A stretch of DNA of 64,000 nt from Candidatus Eiseniibacteriota bacterium (GCA_963762255.1 CAVXKA010000001.1:864001-928000); one strand, 5' to 3'. Counted from the first letter of the stretch, positions 45,608 to 55,805 are shown. A program made the numbers and translations. The notes: generated by a model not told the origin, from the letters alone.

Positions 45608-46654
45608 TCAGTCGCTGATCAATGACCTCACGTTCAACCGATAAACCTCACCCCAACCATCCAGCCACTCGACGGTGTAGAGCACGCCGCTATCCCAATC
45701 GAGAACGGACGCGATCAGGCTTCCGCCATGAGGGGACGCATAGGATGTCCAAGTAAGGCCGGCGTCGTGGCTCACGTACAAGGAATCACCGGTCACGAAC
45801 ACGTCCGGGGATCTGCGGTCGGACCGGGTCAGAACGCTCACCCCAGGCGTGTCGGGACAGAGCCACTCGACAAACGGCTTGGATTCATCGTACAGGTCAG
45901 CCGCATAGACACGGCCTTGGTGGGCTACCAGCAGAGTGGTCCCATTCGGTCCACTCAGTCCGACCCCGGTAATGAGCCCTCCCAGCAGTAACGACGGAAG
46001 CCGGCCCATCTGCAGCAGCACAGGTTGCCACGGCCCGGAGGGACTTTGTGCCATAAAGAGCAGAGGGATATCGCGATCACTCGAGGCCACGTAGAAGAAC
46101 ACACTCGCAACCTGATCGATTCTGTTCCCGAGGAAGGCCATTCCTTCGGGGACATCTATTGCTTGACCCCACGTATCACCAGCATCCAGAGAGACGAGCA
46201 CTGGGGGGTACTTCGTGGTGGCGAGGAGGACGGTGTCACCATGAGCCCACGTTGCCGTTCCGCTGCCATTGCCATAGCCGGTATCGACTGGGATCCAGAC
46301 CGAATCGGGATTGGAGTATCTGAACAGCGGATGCTGGACATCATCGCCACTCACGCTCACAAGGAGCGACCGGCTCGTCATGGCGAGGGAGACCGCTTTC
46401 TGATCCGATCCCCCTCCCTCGACGATGGAAGCCCAGTCAAGTGGAGTCCAACTGCCGGCCTGGCGGAGTGGCATCGCAAAGACACCCTCCCCGCCCGCGG
46501 CGACATACAGGGCTCCTTCCGAACACAGGAGCTGCCATGGGTGTTGGGTTCGCAATCCGAGCGAAACCCATTCCGCCTGATACACCTTCCTGGGCGATGT
46601 TGCGTCGCCGCAGCCGGTCACCACGAGCAGCAAGGCGAACAGCACTTTCTTCAC
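45608..46654 (-). CDS. Lipoprotein, probable BNR/Asp-box beta-propeller
   Basis: Lipobox VVTGC; SLDAGDTW and SHDAGLTW Asp-boxes. Confidence 0.7.
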   Translation of the reverse strand: MKKVLFALLLVVTGCGDATSPRKVYQAEWVSLGLRTQHPWQLLCSEGALYVAAGGEGVFAMPLRQAGSWTPLDWASIVEGGGSDQKAVSLAMTSRSLLVSVSGDDVQHPLFRYSNPDSVWIPVDTGYGNGSGTATWAHGDTVLLATTKYPPVLVSLDAGDTWGQAIDVPEGMAFLGNRIDQVASVFFYVASSDRDIPLLFMAQSPSGPWQPVLLQMGRLPSLLLGGLITGVGLSGPNGTTLLVAHQGRVYAADLYDESKPFVEWLCPDTPGVSVLTRSDRRSPDVFVTGDSLYVSHDAGLTWTSYASPHGGSLIASVLDWDSGVLYTVEWLDGWGEVYRLNVRSLISD

Positions 46655-46709
46655 AATGCCCTCCAGCCAAGCCCGCAGAGTTCATCCCGCGCGCCCCAGG
46701 CGGCGCACG

Positions 46710-47480
46710 CTACGTCCTCGCCGTGCCCCACCGGCTGTGCAGCCATCGCTCTCCCGGCGAGAAGATGAACTTGTTGGCGAGCACGCCCACCGCGACGATC
46801 ACGAGCATGATCCCGATCACCTGCTCCATCGCGTGCAGCTCGCGCCCGTAGTGGAGAAGGTGGCCGAGCCCGAAGCCCGTGAGGATGGTCACGTAGATCT
46901 CGGCGGCCATCAGCGACCGCCACGCGAAGGCCCATCCCTGCTTCATGCCCGTGACGATGAAGGGCAACGAAGCGGGAAACGTCACTCGGAGCCACGTGTG
47001 CATGCCCTTCGAGCCCATGGTACGGGCGGCGCGCGCGTAGATCGGCGGCACGGAGCTGACCCCGTCGGAGGTCGCGAGCAGGATCGACCAGACGGTGCCC
47101 ATGATGACCACGAAGAGCATGGCGGTCTCGGTCTGGCCGAACCAAAGAAGCGCCAGCGGCACCCAACACACGCTGGGCAGCGTCTGCAGCCCGAGCGCCA
47201 TCACCCCCAGCGTGTCCTTCGCCGTTCGCGATCGCGCGCAGAGGAGGCCGAGAGGAAGCCCGACCACGATCCCGATGAGGTAACCCGAAAAGAGTCGCCG
47301 CAGGGTGACCAGGGTCGCGGCCGGTAATGTCCCGTCCATCGTCGATTTCACGAGATACTGGCCCACCCGGAGCGGCGACGGGAGGATCACCGGAGACCAG
47401 AGTCCGAGCATCGTGAGCACCTGCCATACCAGTGCCGCCCCGGCGAAGAATGAGAGAGCGATCCGGGTATCCCGTTTCAT
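46710..47480 (-). CDS. Sulfonate/nitrate-type ABC permease (SsuC/TauC-like)
   Basis: LPSP, QTLPSVCWVPLALLWFG, AARTMG, WRSLMAAE. Confidence 0.88.
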   Translation of the reverse strand: MKRDTRIALSFFAGAALVWQVLTMLGLWSPVILPSPLRVGQYLVKSTMDGTLPAATLVTLRRLFSGYLIGIVVGLPLGLLCARSRTAKDTLGVMALGLQTLPSVCWVPLALLWFGQTETAMLFVVIMGTVWSILLATSDGVSSVPPIYARAARTMGSKGMHTWLRVTFPASLPFIVTGMKQGWAFAWRSLMAAEIYVTILTGFGLGHLLHYGRELHAMEQVIGIMLVIVAVGVLANKFIFSPGERWLHSRWGTART

Positions 47481-48292
47481 GGTCTGACCTCCGCCGGGCT
47501 GGGGGTCAGATACGCCCGCAGTGTGGTCATGATCTTGGTGGCGTGGCTCGCCAGCTCCACGCTGTTGATGTCTCGCGGGCGCGGGAGATCGATCTTGAAC
47601 TCGCTCCGGATTCGGCCGGGATTCGGCGAGAACACGGCCACCCGGTTTCCCAGGCAGACCGCCTCGCGAACGTTGTGGGTGACGAAGAGGATCGTCTTGT
47701 GACGTTCTTCCCAGATGTGCTGCAGGTCGCCGTAGAGCTGCTCCCGCGTGAGCGCGTCGAGCGCGGCGAACGGTTCGTCCATGAGGAGGACGCTCGGGTT
47801 GGGCGCCAGCGCGCGGGCCAACGCCACACGCTGCTTCATGCCCCCGGACAGCTCGTGGATGTTCGCCTTGTGGAACTTCTCGAGGCCCACGAGCTTGAGA
47901 TAGAACGCCGCCACTTCCTTGCGGTCCTTGCGGCGGAGCCCCGGCTTGAGCTTCAAGCTGAACATCACGTTCCCGATCACGTCGAGCCAGGGAAAGAGCG
48001 CCGATTCCTGGAACATGAGCATGCGGTCGCGGCCGGGGCCGGTCACCGGCTTGCCGTCGGCGAGGACCCGACCCTGGTCCGGCATCTCGAGCCCGGCCAC
48101 GATGTTGAGCAGCGTCGACTTGCCGCAGCCGCTCGCTCCCACCATGCAGACGAATTCCCCTTCGTCCACGGTGAGGCTGATGTTCGCGAGGGCGTCCACC
48201 GTGGCCCGCCGCGTGCGAAACGACTTGCTCACGTGTTCGACCGCAAGCTTGGACGGCCGGATGTTCTTGACCTCTTCGCGCCAGGCCATCAA
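47477..48292 (-). CDS. Sulfonate/nitrate-type ABC ATPase (SsuB/TauB-like)
   Basis: GASGCGKST, FQESALFPW, LSGGMKQR, MDEPFAALD. Confidence 0.9.
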   Translation of the reverse strand: MMAWREEVKNIRPSKLAVEHVSKSFRTRRATVDALANISLTVDEGEFVCMVGASGCGKSTLLNIVAGLEMPDQGRVLADGKPVTGPGRDRMLMFQESALFPWLDVIGNVMFSLKLKPGLRRKDRKEVAAFYLKLVGLEKFHKANIHELSGGMKQRVALARALAPNPSVLLMDEPFAALDALTREQLYGDLQHIWEERHKTILFVTHNVREAVCLGNRVAVFSPNPGRIRSEFKIDLPRPRDINSVELASHATKIMTTLRAYLTPSPAEVRP

Positions 48293-49293
48293 GGAGTCTC
48301 CACCAGCCGGGAGATGTCCACGTCGTCGGGGAGGAATCCCGCCGCCTGGGCATCGCTCACGAACTGCGTGAACGTGTCGAGAGAGATATCACCCGTGAAG
48401 TGGAGGCGAAGCCATGCGTGCTCCACCAGCTCGACGGGCACCTCGTGCTGCATCTCCGCGCTCAGCTCCTCGCGCACCAGGCGCCTGGCGTCCTCGGGAT
48501 GGTCGATGATCCACTGGGTAAGTTCCCGGTGCGCCTCCGCGAACTTGCGAACGAGCTCCGGCGACTTCTTCTCCGCGCGCATACTGGTGGTGAGAATCGT
48601 GGTGAGCGCCTCGGGTTGCTCGATGTAGACCATCCCGGCGGCTTCCATTTCCAGGCGCGATACCCACGGCTCCACCGTCCACACCCCGGCGAGATCGCCC
48701 TTCATGAACAGGGTGAGTTGATCGGGGTTGGCTGTGGGGACGACCAGCACGTCTCCGCCGGTCTCGGTGACCTTGAAGCCCTGGGCGGTCAGCCACGCCC
48801 GGCACGCCACGTCCTGCGTGTTTCCGAGCTGCGGCGTGGCGATCCGCTTGCCGCGGAAATCCTCCGGGCTCCGAATACTCCCGTCTCCGTGCACCACGAG
48901 CGCGGCGCCTCCCTCGGCCGATCCCGCGATCACGCGGATCTCCTCCCCCTGGGAGCGAATATGGGCGTTGAGTGCCGGATTGGGTCCGACGTAGGTGATA
49001 TCGAGAGACCCGTTGAGGAGCGCCTCCATCGCGGTAGGACCGGCGTTGTAGACGTACCACTCGATGGTGACGTTTGGGCCGAGGCGTTGCTCGAACCACC
49101 CGTTTCCGTCGCGGCTCATCTTGTGAGCGACGAGACCCTGGGCATGCGTGATGTTGGGGAAGTGGCCGACGCGCAGAACGACGCGCCCGTCGCCCGCGTC
49201 CTTGCTCTTGCCGCCGCAGCCCGGCACGGCGCCAAGCGTCGCGACGAAGACGACCGACATCGCGATCCGAATGAAGAGAGCAGCTTGCTTCAT
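48289..49293 (-). CDS. Aliphatic sulfonate-type ABC substrate-binding lipoprotein (SsuA-like)
   Basis: Lipobox-like PGC; GHFPNITHAQ, YVGPNPA, ATPQLGNTQD, WTVEPW. Confidence 0.85.
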   Translation of the reverse strand: MKQAALFIRIAMSVVFVATLGAVPGCGGKSKDAGDGRVVLRVGHFPNITHAQGLVAHKMSRDGNGWFEQRLGPNVTIEWYVYNAGPTAMEALLNGSLDITYVGPNPALNAHIRSQGEEIRVIAGSAEGGAALVVHGDGSIRSPEDFRGKRIATPQLGNTQDVACRAWLTAQGFKVTETGGDVLVVPTANPDQLTLFMKGDLAGVWTVEPWVSRLEMEAAGMVYIEQPEALTTILTTSMRAEKKSPELVRKFAEAHRELTQWIIDHPEDARRLVREELSAEMQHEVPVELVEHAWLRLHFTGDISLDTFTQFVSDAQAAGFLPDDVDISRLVETP

Positions 49294-49757
49294 CGTAGTC
49301 TCCTTCCACTCTGTCCGCGCCGGCCGCGTGCGGCGAGCGATAACGCCGCGATCTCGGCGAGCGTGCGGCGGTCCAGGACTTCGATCATGGCCTCGCGCAC
49401 CTCCCCCATGAGGATGCGCAAACCGCAGGTGGATTCGTCGGGGCAGGTGCAGGGGGCGTAGGCGATCCGGCTCACGCACGAAACGGGGGCGATCGTCCCG
49501 TCGACGAGGCGAACGATCTCGCCGGCGTGGATCTTCTCGGCGGGCACCGCGAGATGATAGCCGCCGCTGATGCCGCGCTTGCTGTCGAGGTAGCCCGCCT
49601 TCTTGAGCTGCAAGAGAATCTGCTCGAGGAAGCTCTGCGGGATGTGCTCGGCATCGGCCAGGTCGCGGATGCTCAGCATGGGGCGGCCCGACGCCGCCTC
49701 GGCGCTCAGTCGGATGAGGATACGGAGGGCGTACTCACCGCGCTTCGAGAGCTTCAT
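49290..49757 (-). CDS. Rrf2-family regulator with Cys-rich C-terminus
   Basis: YALR..IP..FLEQILLQLKKAGYLDSKRGISGGY; CVS..CTCPDESTC. Confidence 0.92.
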   Translation of the reverse strand: MKLSKRGEYALRILIRLSAEAASGRPMLSIRDLADAEHIPQSFLEQILLQLKKAGYLDSKRGISGGYHLAVPAEKIHAGEIVRLVDGTIAPVSCVSRIAYAPCTCPDESTCGLRILMGEVREAMIEVLDRRTLAEIAALSLAARGRRGQSGRRLR

Positions 49758-49788
49758 AGGTCTCCCGGGGAGGAACAGCTCGGGATCT

Positions 49789-49811
49789 ATGTTGACTTGC
49801 TAAGTCAACAT
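49789..49811. promoter_or_regulatory. Rrf2 operator (perfect 10-3-10 palindrome)
   Basis: ATGTTGACTT-GCT-AAGTCAACAT, 31 nt upstream of the Rrf2 start codon. Confidence 0.8.
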
Positions 49812-50084
49812 TAGACGGGGGGGGTACGCAAGCGTTTTTCGCTGTCCGGGGTGGAGAATTCGCGCGCGATGGTGTGGTGGGGTGGGCGCGCCGAGGGGCC
49901 GTGTACGCATGTTCAGTGCAGCCAACCTCGTGCGGCATCGTCGAATGGAAAAAGGGGTGATTCGGTCGGGAAAGCGCGGGGTGCCGGCGAGATGCTCACC
50001 CGGGTGAGCATGTTCGCGCCTGGTTGGATCGCCACGAGTCTCCCCGGCTGGACCGGGCCGGCCAGGGTGATCGATGATGAGTGC

Positions 50085-51011
50085 ATGATCCTCGCCACGC
50101 TTCTCCTTTCTCTCTTCTTGGGGCCGGCTGTTGTCGACACGTCCATGAGCGCGCCGCGCAAGCCCGACTACTGGGAGGCGTGGGGTGTGGTGTTCGTGAA
50201 GGCCACGTGCGATGCGGACGGCCGCGTGCTTAGCGCGGAAGTCGCGCGCGGCACGGCGGCGCCGGCGGTTCTAGATTCCCTGGTCGCGCTGGTGAAGGCC
50301 GGCGCCTTCGAGATACGCACGCGCTGGGACGGCAGCCCGGATTCAGTCCAGGTGGTGCCGTTCGTCACGGAGCGCCATCCGCGAGTGAGCGAGCGGGCCG
50401 GGTGGGTCGGCATGCCGGACGACATCCGCGGCGCGCTCGCTCGATTTCCGCTCGATGTGTGGCTCCGAGGGATGCTGGAGATCGACCCCGAGTTCGACCT
50501 GGACGACTTTCTGTTCGCATCCCAAGGCGGCCCGTGGGAGGAGTATGTGCCCGGCTATCTGGCCGAGCCTGACATGATGGAGAAGCGGGAGTTGGGACTG
50601 CTGCTGGATTCTCCCGACGGTTTGTGGGTCCTCGACCCGTTTCATGGCGGATTTGTGGGGGGCGACGACCGCATGGGCTGGGATGCGGACAATGGGTTTT
50701 CGATCAGCGACGCGTCGTCCGGCGCACGCATCGTCAGCTATGTGGTGGGTCCTGGGTCCTGGTCTACTTGGGCCACGACCTGGATCGGTCTGGAGCGCTG
50801 TCTTCTCGTCGGATCGACGCAGCGCGACGCATTCGCAGGCGGCACGGTCGTCTTGATGCCGGCCCCGGCGATCTGGGAGTTGAATCTCGTCACCCGCACG
50901 TTGCATTTCTACATCGGCGCCCCGATCCGACCGGAGGACGAACCTGGCTACGACGAGTTGGGGTACTCCGTCCTCTCGACGTCCTTCCCCAAGATCAACT
51001 GGCGCGACTGA
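50085..51011 (+). CDS. Exported hypothetical protein with TonB C-terminal-like segment
   Basis: Hydrophobic N-terminus MILATLLLSLFLG; GVVFVKATCDADGRVLSAEV resembles TonB_C. Confidence 0.55.
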   Translation: MILATLLLSLFLGPAVVDTSMSAPRKPDYWEAWGVVFVKATCDADGRVLSAEVARGTAAPAVLDSLVALVKAGAFEIRTRWDGSPDSVQVVPFVTERHPRVSERAGWVGMPDDIRGALARFPLDVWLRGMLEIDPEFDLDDFLFASQGGPWEEYVPGYLAEPDMMEKRELGLLLDSPDGLWVLDPFHGGFVGGDDRMGWDADNGFSISDASSGARIVSYVVGPGSWSTWATTWIGLERCLLVGSTQRDAFAGGTVVLMPAPAIWELNLVTRTLHFYIGAPIRPEDEPGYDELGYSVLSTSFPKINWRD

Positions 51012-51124
51012 TCGCTACCCCCGTCGCATCCACGTCCCGTTCGCGCAGCAGTGCATGGCGAACTCGGGCGAGGCCTGCACGCGCCCCGACGCCGACCGCA
51101 CCGCCAGCCCCTTGATCGTCGGCG

Positions 51125-52585
51125 TCATGCGTTGCTCCCCCCGCTGCCGCCATGCGGGCCGCCGTCGCCCCGCGATCCGCCGCCGTCCTCTCCGCGCAGC
51201 AGTCCCGGCTGTGTCCATCGCGCCGGATCGAGCAGCGCCGCGATCTCCTCGCGCGGCCGCCCCATCGCCTCGGCGGCGACCTCTACGATGCTGCGCCGCT
51301 CGCGCACCGCGCGCTTGACGATCTCGGACGCGCGTTCGTAGCCCACCAGCGGGTTCAGCATGGTGGCGAGCGAGACGGTGCGCTCCGCGTACTCACGGCA
51401 GCGCGCCTCGTCGGCGGTGATCCCCTCCACGCAGAATTCGCGGAACACGCCGAGCGTGTTGGTGAGAATGTCCACCGAGAAGAGAATCTCGAACGCGATC
51501 ACCGGCATCATCACGTTGAGCTGGAACTGTCCGGCCTGCGCCGCGAACGCCACCGCTGTCTCCGCGCCGATCACGTGGAAGCAGACCATGTCGAGGTTCT
51601 CCGCCATGACCGGGTTCACCTTGCCGGGCATGATCGACGAGCCCGGCTGCACCGCGGGGAGCGCGATCTCGCCGACGCCGCTGGTCGGGCCGGAAGACAT
51701 GAGCCGCAGATCGTTGGCGATCCGAACCAGCTCCAGCGCCACGCCTTTCAAAGCGCCGGCAAAGCGCGCGAAGTCGTGCATGCTGGCGTGCATCGCGATC
51801 GGGGTCGATGTCGCGCGCAGCGGGAAGCCGCTCAGCCGAGCCATCTCCGCGGTCATCCGCGCCGCGAACTCCGGGTGGCGATTGACGCCGGTGCCCACCG
51901 CGGTGCCGCCGATGCCCAGTTCCTCCAGGGCGTGCCCCGCCGCGGCAAGATCGCCCCGCGCGCGCTCCACACTGTCCGCGTACCCTTCGAAAATCTGCCC
52001 GAGCCCGATCGGCGTCGCGTCCTGAAGGTGCGTGCGCCCTGCGGTGACGATGCCCGCAAAGTCACGCCCCTTCGCGCGGAGCGCTTCGACCAGCGCGCGC
52101 AACGCGCGATCCAGATCGGTCTCGCGCATCAGCACCGCCAGCCGCATCGCGGTGGGAAAGGTATCGTTGGTGGACTGACCGAGGTTCACGTGATCGTTGG
52201 GGTGCACGGGGCGATACACCCCACGCGCTCCACCCAACCGCTCGTTGGCGCGGTTGGCCAGCACTTCGTTCACGTTCATGTGGTGACTCGTCCCCGCGCC
52301 GGCCTGAAACGGATCCACTACGAACTGGTCGGCGTGCGCGCCGGCGAGCACCTCATCGCACGCGGCGATGATCGCCTCCGCGCTGCGTTCCTCCAGGAGT
52401 TTGAGATCCGCGTTCACCCGCGCCGCCGCGCGCTTCAGGAGCACATAGGCCTGGACGAACATGGGATCGGGCCGCAACCCGGAGATCGGGAAATTGCGCA
52501 GCGCGCGCTGCGTCTGGGCGCCCCAAAGAGCTTCGGCGGGTACCTCGATGTCACCCAGAGAGTCGTGTTCGCGGCGTGTAGGCAT
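51125..52585 (-). CDS. aspA: Aspartate ammonia-lyase (fumarase/aspartase family)
   Basis: GSSIMPGKVNP; QAGAGTS and QSTND favour AspA over FumC (QTGSGT, QSSND). Confidence 0.75.
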   Translation of the reverse strand: MPTRREHDSLGDIEVPAEALWGAQTQRALRNFPISGLRPDPMFVQAYVLLKRAAARVNADLKLLEERSAEAIIAACDEVLAGAHADQFVVDPFQAGAGTSHHMNVNEVLANRANERLGGARGVYRPVHPNDHVNLGQSTNDTFPTAMRLAVLMRETDLDRALRALVEALRAKGRDFAGIVTAGRTHLQDATPIGLGQIFEGYADSVERARGDLAAAGHALEELGIGGTAVGTGVNRHPEFAARMTAEMARLSGFPLRATSTPIAMHASMHDFARFAGALKGVALELVRIANDLRLMSSGPTSGVGEIALPAVQPGSSIMPGKVNPVMAENLDMVCFHVIGAETAVAFAAQAGQFQLNVMMPVIAFEILFSVDILTNTLGVFREFCVEGITADEARCREYAERTVSLATMLNPLVGYERASEIVKRAVRERRSIVEVAAEAMGRPREEIAALLDPARWTQPGLLRGEDGGGSRGDGGPHGGSGGSNA

Positions 52586-52910
52586 GGGTCATCTCCTCGG
52601 AATGGCGCCCCCGATCCGGGAAGCGTAGCACGGCGCAGCGGAGCCATCGCGGCCCCATCCGAATCGCTAACCAATGGATACATATACTTTTACATGATGT
52701 GGCCCCACCCTGTCCCTCCCAATCCATTCGCGCCGTATTCACCCCTGTGCTACCTTGATGCCTCAGCCCGGACATCGCCGAAGCGAAACTGCGCGGATTT
52801 CGCTACGGCCCAACCCGAACGCGGACGAAAACCTCTGGAGGGGGGGATTCGCCTACGCGAAGGGTGCCCTTCCGTCTCCCCCCAAGGGCCACCGCGTTCC
52901 CGGATCGGTC

Positions 52911-53600
52911 ATGATCAAATTTTTTCACGTCTCAAAGACGTACCGGAAAGGTGCGCCGTCCGCGCTCGTGGACGTGAACCTCACGCTGGAGGACGGCGAG
53001 TTCGTCTTCCTCGTGGGGCCCAGCGGTTCCGGCAAGACGACGCTCTTGAAGCTCATCCACATGGAGATCATGCCCACCGAGGGCGAGGTCGTGGTGGCGG
53101 GCTTCACCACGGGCGGCATGACGCGCAAGAAGGTCCTCACCTTGCGCCGGCGCGTCGGCGTGGTCTTCCAGGATTTCCGCCTCCTGCACGATCGATCCAT
53201 CTACGAGAACGTGGCGTTTCCGCTGCGGCTCTTCGGCGAGTTCAACGAGCGCGAGATCGCCGACCGCGTGAACCACGTGCTCAACCAGGTCGGGCTCCTC
53301 CACAAGTCCGAGGACCGGCCGCGCGAACTTTCCGGCGGCGAGCAGCAGCGCATCGCGCTGGCCCGCGCCGTGGTCAACCGTCCCTTCGTGCTCCTGGCCG
53401 ACGAACCGACCGCGAACCTCGATCCGCGCACCGCGGACGAGATCACCGGCATCATCCAGCGGATCCACGCCGAGGGCACCGCGGTCATTCTCGCCACCCA
53501 CAAGATGGAGCTGGTCATGAACTCGGGTGAGCGCTACGTGCGCATGGACGGCGGGGCGATCGTCGAGGACTGGGTCGACCCGCAACGAGGTGTGCGATGA
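52911..53600 (+). CDS. ftsE: Cell division ABC ATPase FtsE
   Basis: GPSGSGKT, GVVFQDFRLL, LSGGEQQR; directly upstream of ftsX. Confidence 0.92.
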   Translation: MIKFFHVSKTYRKGAPSALVDVNLTLEDGEFVFLVGPSGSGKTTLLKLIHMEIMPTEGEVVVAGFTTGGMTRKKVLTLRRRVGVVFQDFRLLHDRSIYENVAFPLRLFGEFNEREIADRVNHVLNQVGLLHKSEDRPRELSGGEQQRIALARAVVNRPFVLLADEPTANLDPRTADEITGIIQRIHAEGTAVILATHKMELVMNSGERYVRMDGGAIVEDWVDPQRGVR

Positions 53601-54472
53601 ACGGGCGCACGCTGCGCTATCTCATGGGCGAGGGCGGCCGAGGGCTTCGCCGCCACCGCATCATGGCGGTGACCGCGATCGTGACCATGGCCGCGAGCCT
53701 GCTGGTGCTGGGCGTGTTTCTGATCGCCTCCTACAACGTGCGCGAGGTGCTGTTCCGACTCGAGGACCGCAAGGAAGTCGTGGTCTACATGCGCACCGGT
53801 GTGGCCGAGGAGGACCGGACTCTCTTCGAGGAGCGACTCAAGCTCCACCCCGCCGTGGCGGGCGCCCGCTTCGTCTCCAAGGACGAAGCGTGGGAGGAGT
53901 TCTCGGTCTCGATGCATACCGAGGGACTCACGGACGCCGTGGGTCACAACCCGCTTCCCGACGCCTACCATCTGGTGCTCGCGCCGGAGCGGCGCGATGC
54001 TGCCACGATCGCCGGGCTAGCCACCGAGGTAGGAACCTGGGACGAGGTGGAGGAGGTCGTGACCGGCGGTGAGTGGGTGGGACGCCTCGACCGTTTCGCG
54101 CGCTCCGTATTGCTCTTCACGGCAGCCATCGGGATCGCGGTGGCGCTCTCCATCGTGGTCATCGTCGGCAACACCGTCCGCCTCACCGTGCTGGCGCGTC
54201 AGGATCTCATCCACATCATGAAGTCGGTCGGCGCGAGCGAGATGTTCATCCGCATCCCGTTCCTGAGCGAAGGGGTCATGCAGGCGGCGCTGGCCGGCGT
54301 GTTTTCGCTGGGCGCCCTCTACGGTGGGACGCTGCTCCTGTCGAGTCGCATCACCGACGTGCAGTTCATCTCCCCGCTCTGGTGCCTGGGCTTCCTGGGA
54401 GCCGCGGTGCTCCTGGGTTTCGTGGGGAGCGCGCTCTCGGTGCGGCACGTGCTGAGGCAGGTGGGGCTCTGA
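53597..54472 (+). CDS. ftsX: Cell division permease FtsX
   Basis: 4-TM layout, FVSKDEA, NPLP, IVGNTVRL, VGAS..FIRIPFL.EG. Confidence 0.92.
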   Translation: MNGRTLRYLMGEGGRGLRRHRIMAVTAIVTMAASLLVLGVFLIASYNVREVLFRLEDRKEVVVYMRTGVAEEDRTLFEERLKLHPAVAGARFVSKDEAWEEFSVSMHTEGLTDAVGHNPLPDAYHLVLAPERRDAATIAGLATEVGTWDEVEEVVTGGEWVGRLDRFARSVLLFTAAIGIAVALSIVVIVGNTVRLTVLARQDLIHIMKSVGASEMFIRIPFLSEGVMQAALAGVFSLGALYGGTLLLSSRITDVQFISPLWCLGFLGAAVLLGFVGSALSVRHVLRQVGL

Positions 54473-54474
54473 TC

Positions 54475-55692
54475 GTGCGCGGGCGGGTGCTCTTCGCGTC
54501 GCTGCTGGCGCTCGCCGCGCTCGTGGCCGCGCCGCACGCGGTGGGGCCTCGGTGGGCCGCCGCCCAGGCCCAGACCCAGAACTACGACGACGCCATTCAA
54601 TCCCAGAAGCAGCAACTCGAAGCGCTCCGCAAGGAGGCCGAGACCAAGCGCGCGCTGGCCAAAGAGCTGGGCAAGAAGGAGCGGGGCGTTCTTTCGCGCA
54701 TCAATCAGGCCGAGCAGGCGTTGAGCGCCACCCGCGATTACCTGCGCCGGCTTGAGGAGCGGCAGACCCTCCTGGAGATCGACATCCAGGGGACCGAGCA
54801 GGAGCTGGTCAAGGCGCAGACGCTCCTCGCCGCGCTCCGCGACCAGCTTGCGCGGCAACTGCGCTACACCTACATGCACGGCAAGGCGCGCACCCTGGAA
54901 GTCGTGTTTTCGGCCGACACGTTCGGGCAGCTCCTGGAGCGAGGAGCCTTTCTGAGCCGCGTGCTGCACGAAGACGAGAAGCTCATCCTCGAGGTCGAGG
55001 AGCAGCAGGCGAAGGTCGAGGATGCGCTCTCGCGGTTGCGCGGCAAGCAGGCGGAGGTGCAGGACCTTCAGGGCGAGAAGACGCGCGAAAAGCTGCAGTA
55101 CGAATCGCTGAAGGGCCAGCGCGAGCGCGACCTGGTCAAGGTGCGCACCGAGAAGCAGGAGCACGAGGCGGCGGCCAGGGAACTCGAGGCCGCGGCCAAG
55201 AAGATGCAGAGCGTGCTCGCCGAGTTGGAGCGCAAACGCAAGGAAGCCATGCGCCGCAAGAGCCCGGTGCAGGACGAACTCGACCGCAACGATTTCGGAC
55301 GGAATCGCGGACGGTTGCCGTGGCCGGTGGACGGGGAGATCCTCGACACCTTCGGGCGCCACGAGCATCCCAAGTACAAGACGATCACGCTCAACAACGG
55401 CGTGGACATCGCCGCCGGGATCGGAACGCCGGTGCGCAGCGTGGGCGACGGTGTGGTGGATCTCGTGCAATGGATTTCGGGCTACGGACAGACGGTGATC
55501 GTCAATCACGGGCGCGGGTTCTACACGATCTACGCCCACCTGTCTTCGGTCTCCGTGGGAGAGGACGACCGCGTGACCCCGGGGCAGCTGATCGGCGCCT
55601 CGGGAGACACCGGAAGCCTCAAAGGCCCGTGCCTGCACTTCGAGGTACGTGAGGGAGGCGGGGCCCAGGATCCGATGGGCTGGCTGAGATAA
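54475..55692 (+). CDS. envC: Murein hydrolase activator EnvC (coiled coil + degenerate M23)
   Basis: Signal peptide, long coiled coil, GRLPWPV; M23 domain with NNGVD and CLHFE lacking zinc-binding His; follows ftsEX. Confidence 0.85.
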   Translation: MRGRVLFASLLALAALVAAPHAVGPRWAAAQAQTQNYDDAIQSQKQQLEALRKEAETKRALAKELGKKERGVLSRINQAEQALSATRDYLRRLEERQTLLEIDIQGTEQELVKAQTLLAALRDQLARQLRYTYMHGKARTLEVVFSADTFGQLLERGAFLSRVLHEDEKLILEVEEQQAKVEDALSRLRGKQAEVQDLQGEKTREKLQYESLKGQRERDLVKVRTEKQEHEAAARELEAAAKKMQSVLAELERKRKEAMRRKSPVQDELDRNDFGRNRGRLPWPVDGEILDTFGRHEHPKYKTITLNNGVDIAAGIGTPVRSVGDGVVDLVQWISGYGQTVIVNHGRGFYTIYAHLSSVSVGEDDRVTPGQLIGASGDTGSLKGPCLHFEVREGGGAQDPMGWLR

Positions 55693-55805
55693 GGCTGGCC
55701 GGCCGAGACAACGCCGCCCGGGTGAGATAACTCCTCCCGCATGGAGTATATTGAGGCGTCGCCCCGCTCCCCCCGTAGTGGTTTTGCGATGAGGATGAGG
55801 AGGCT

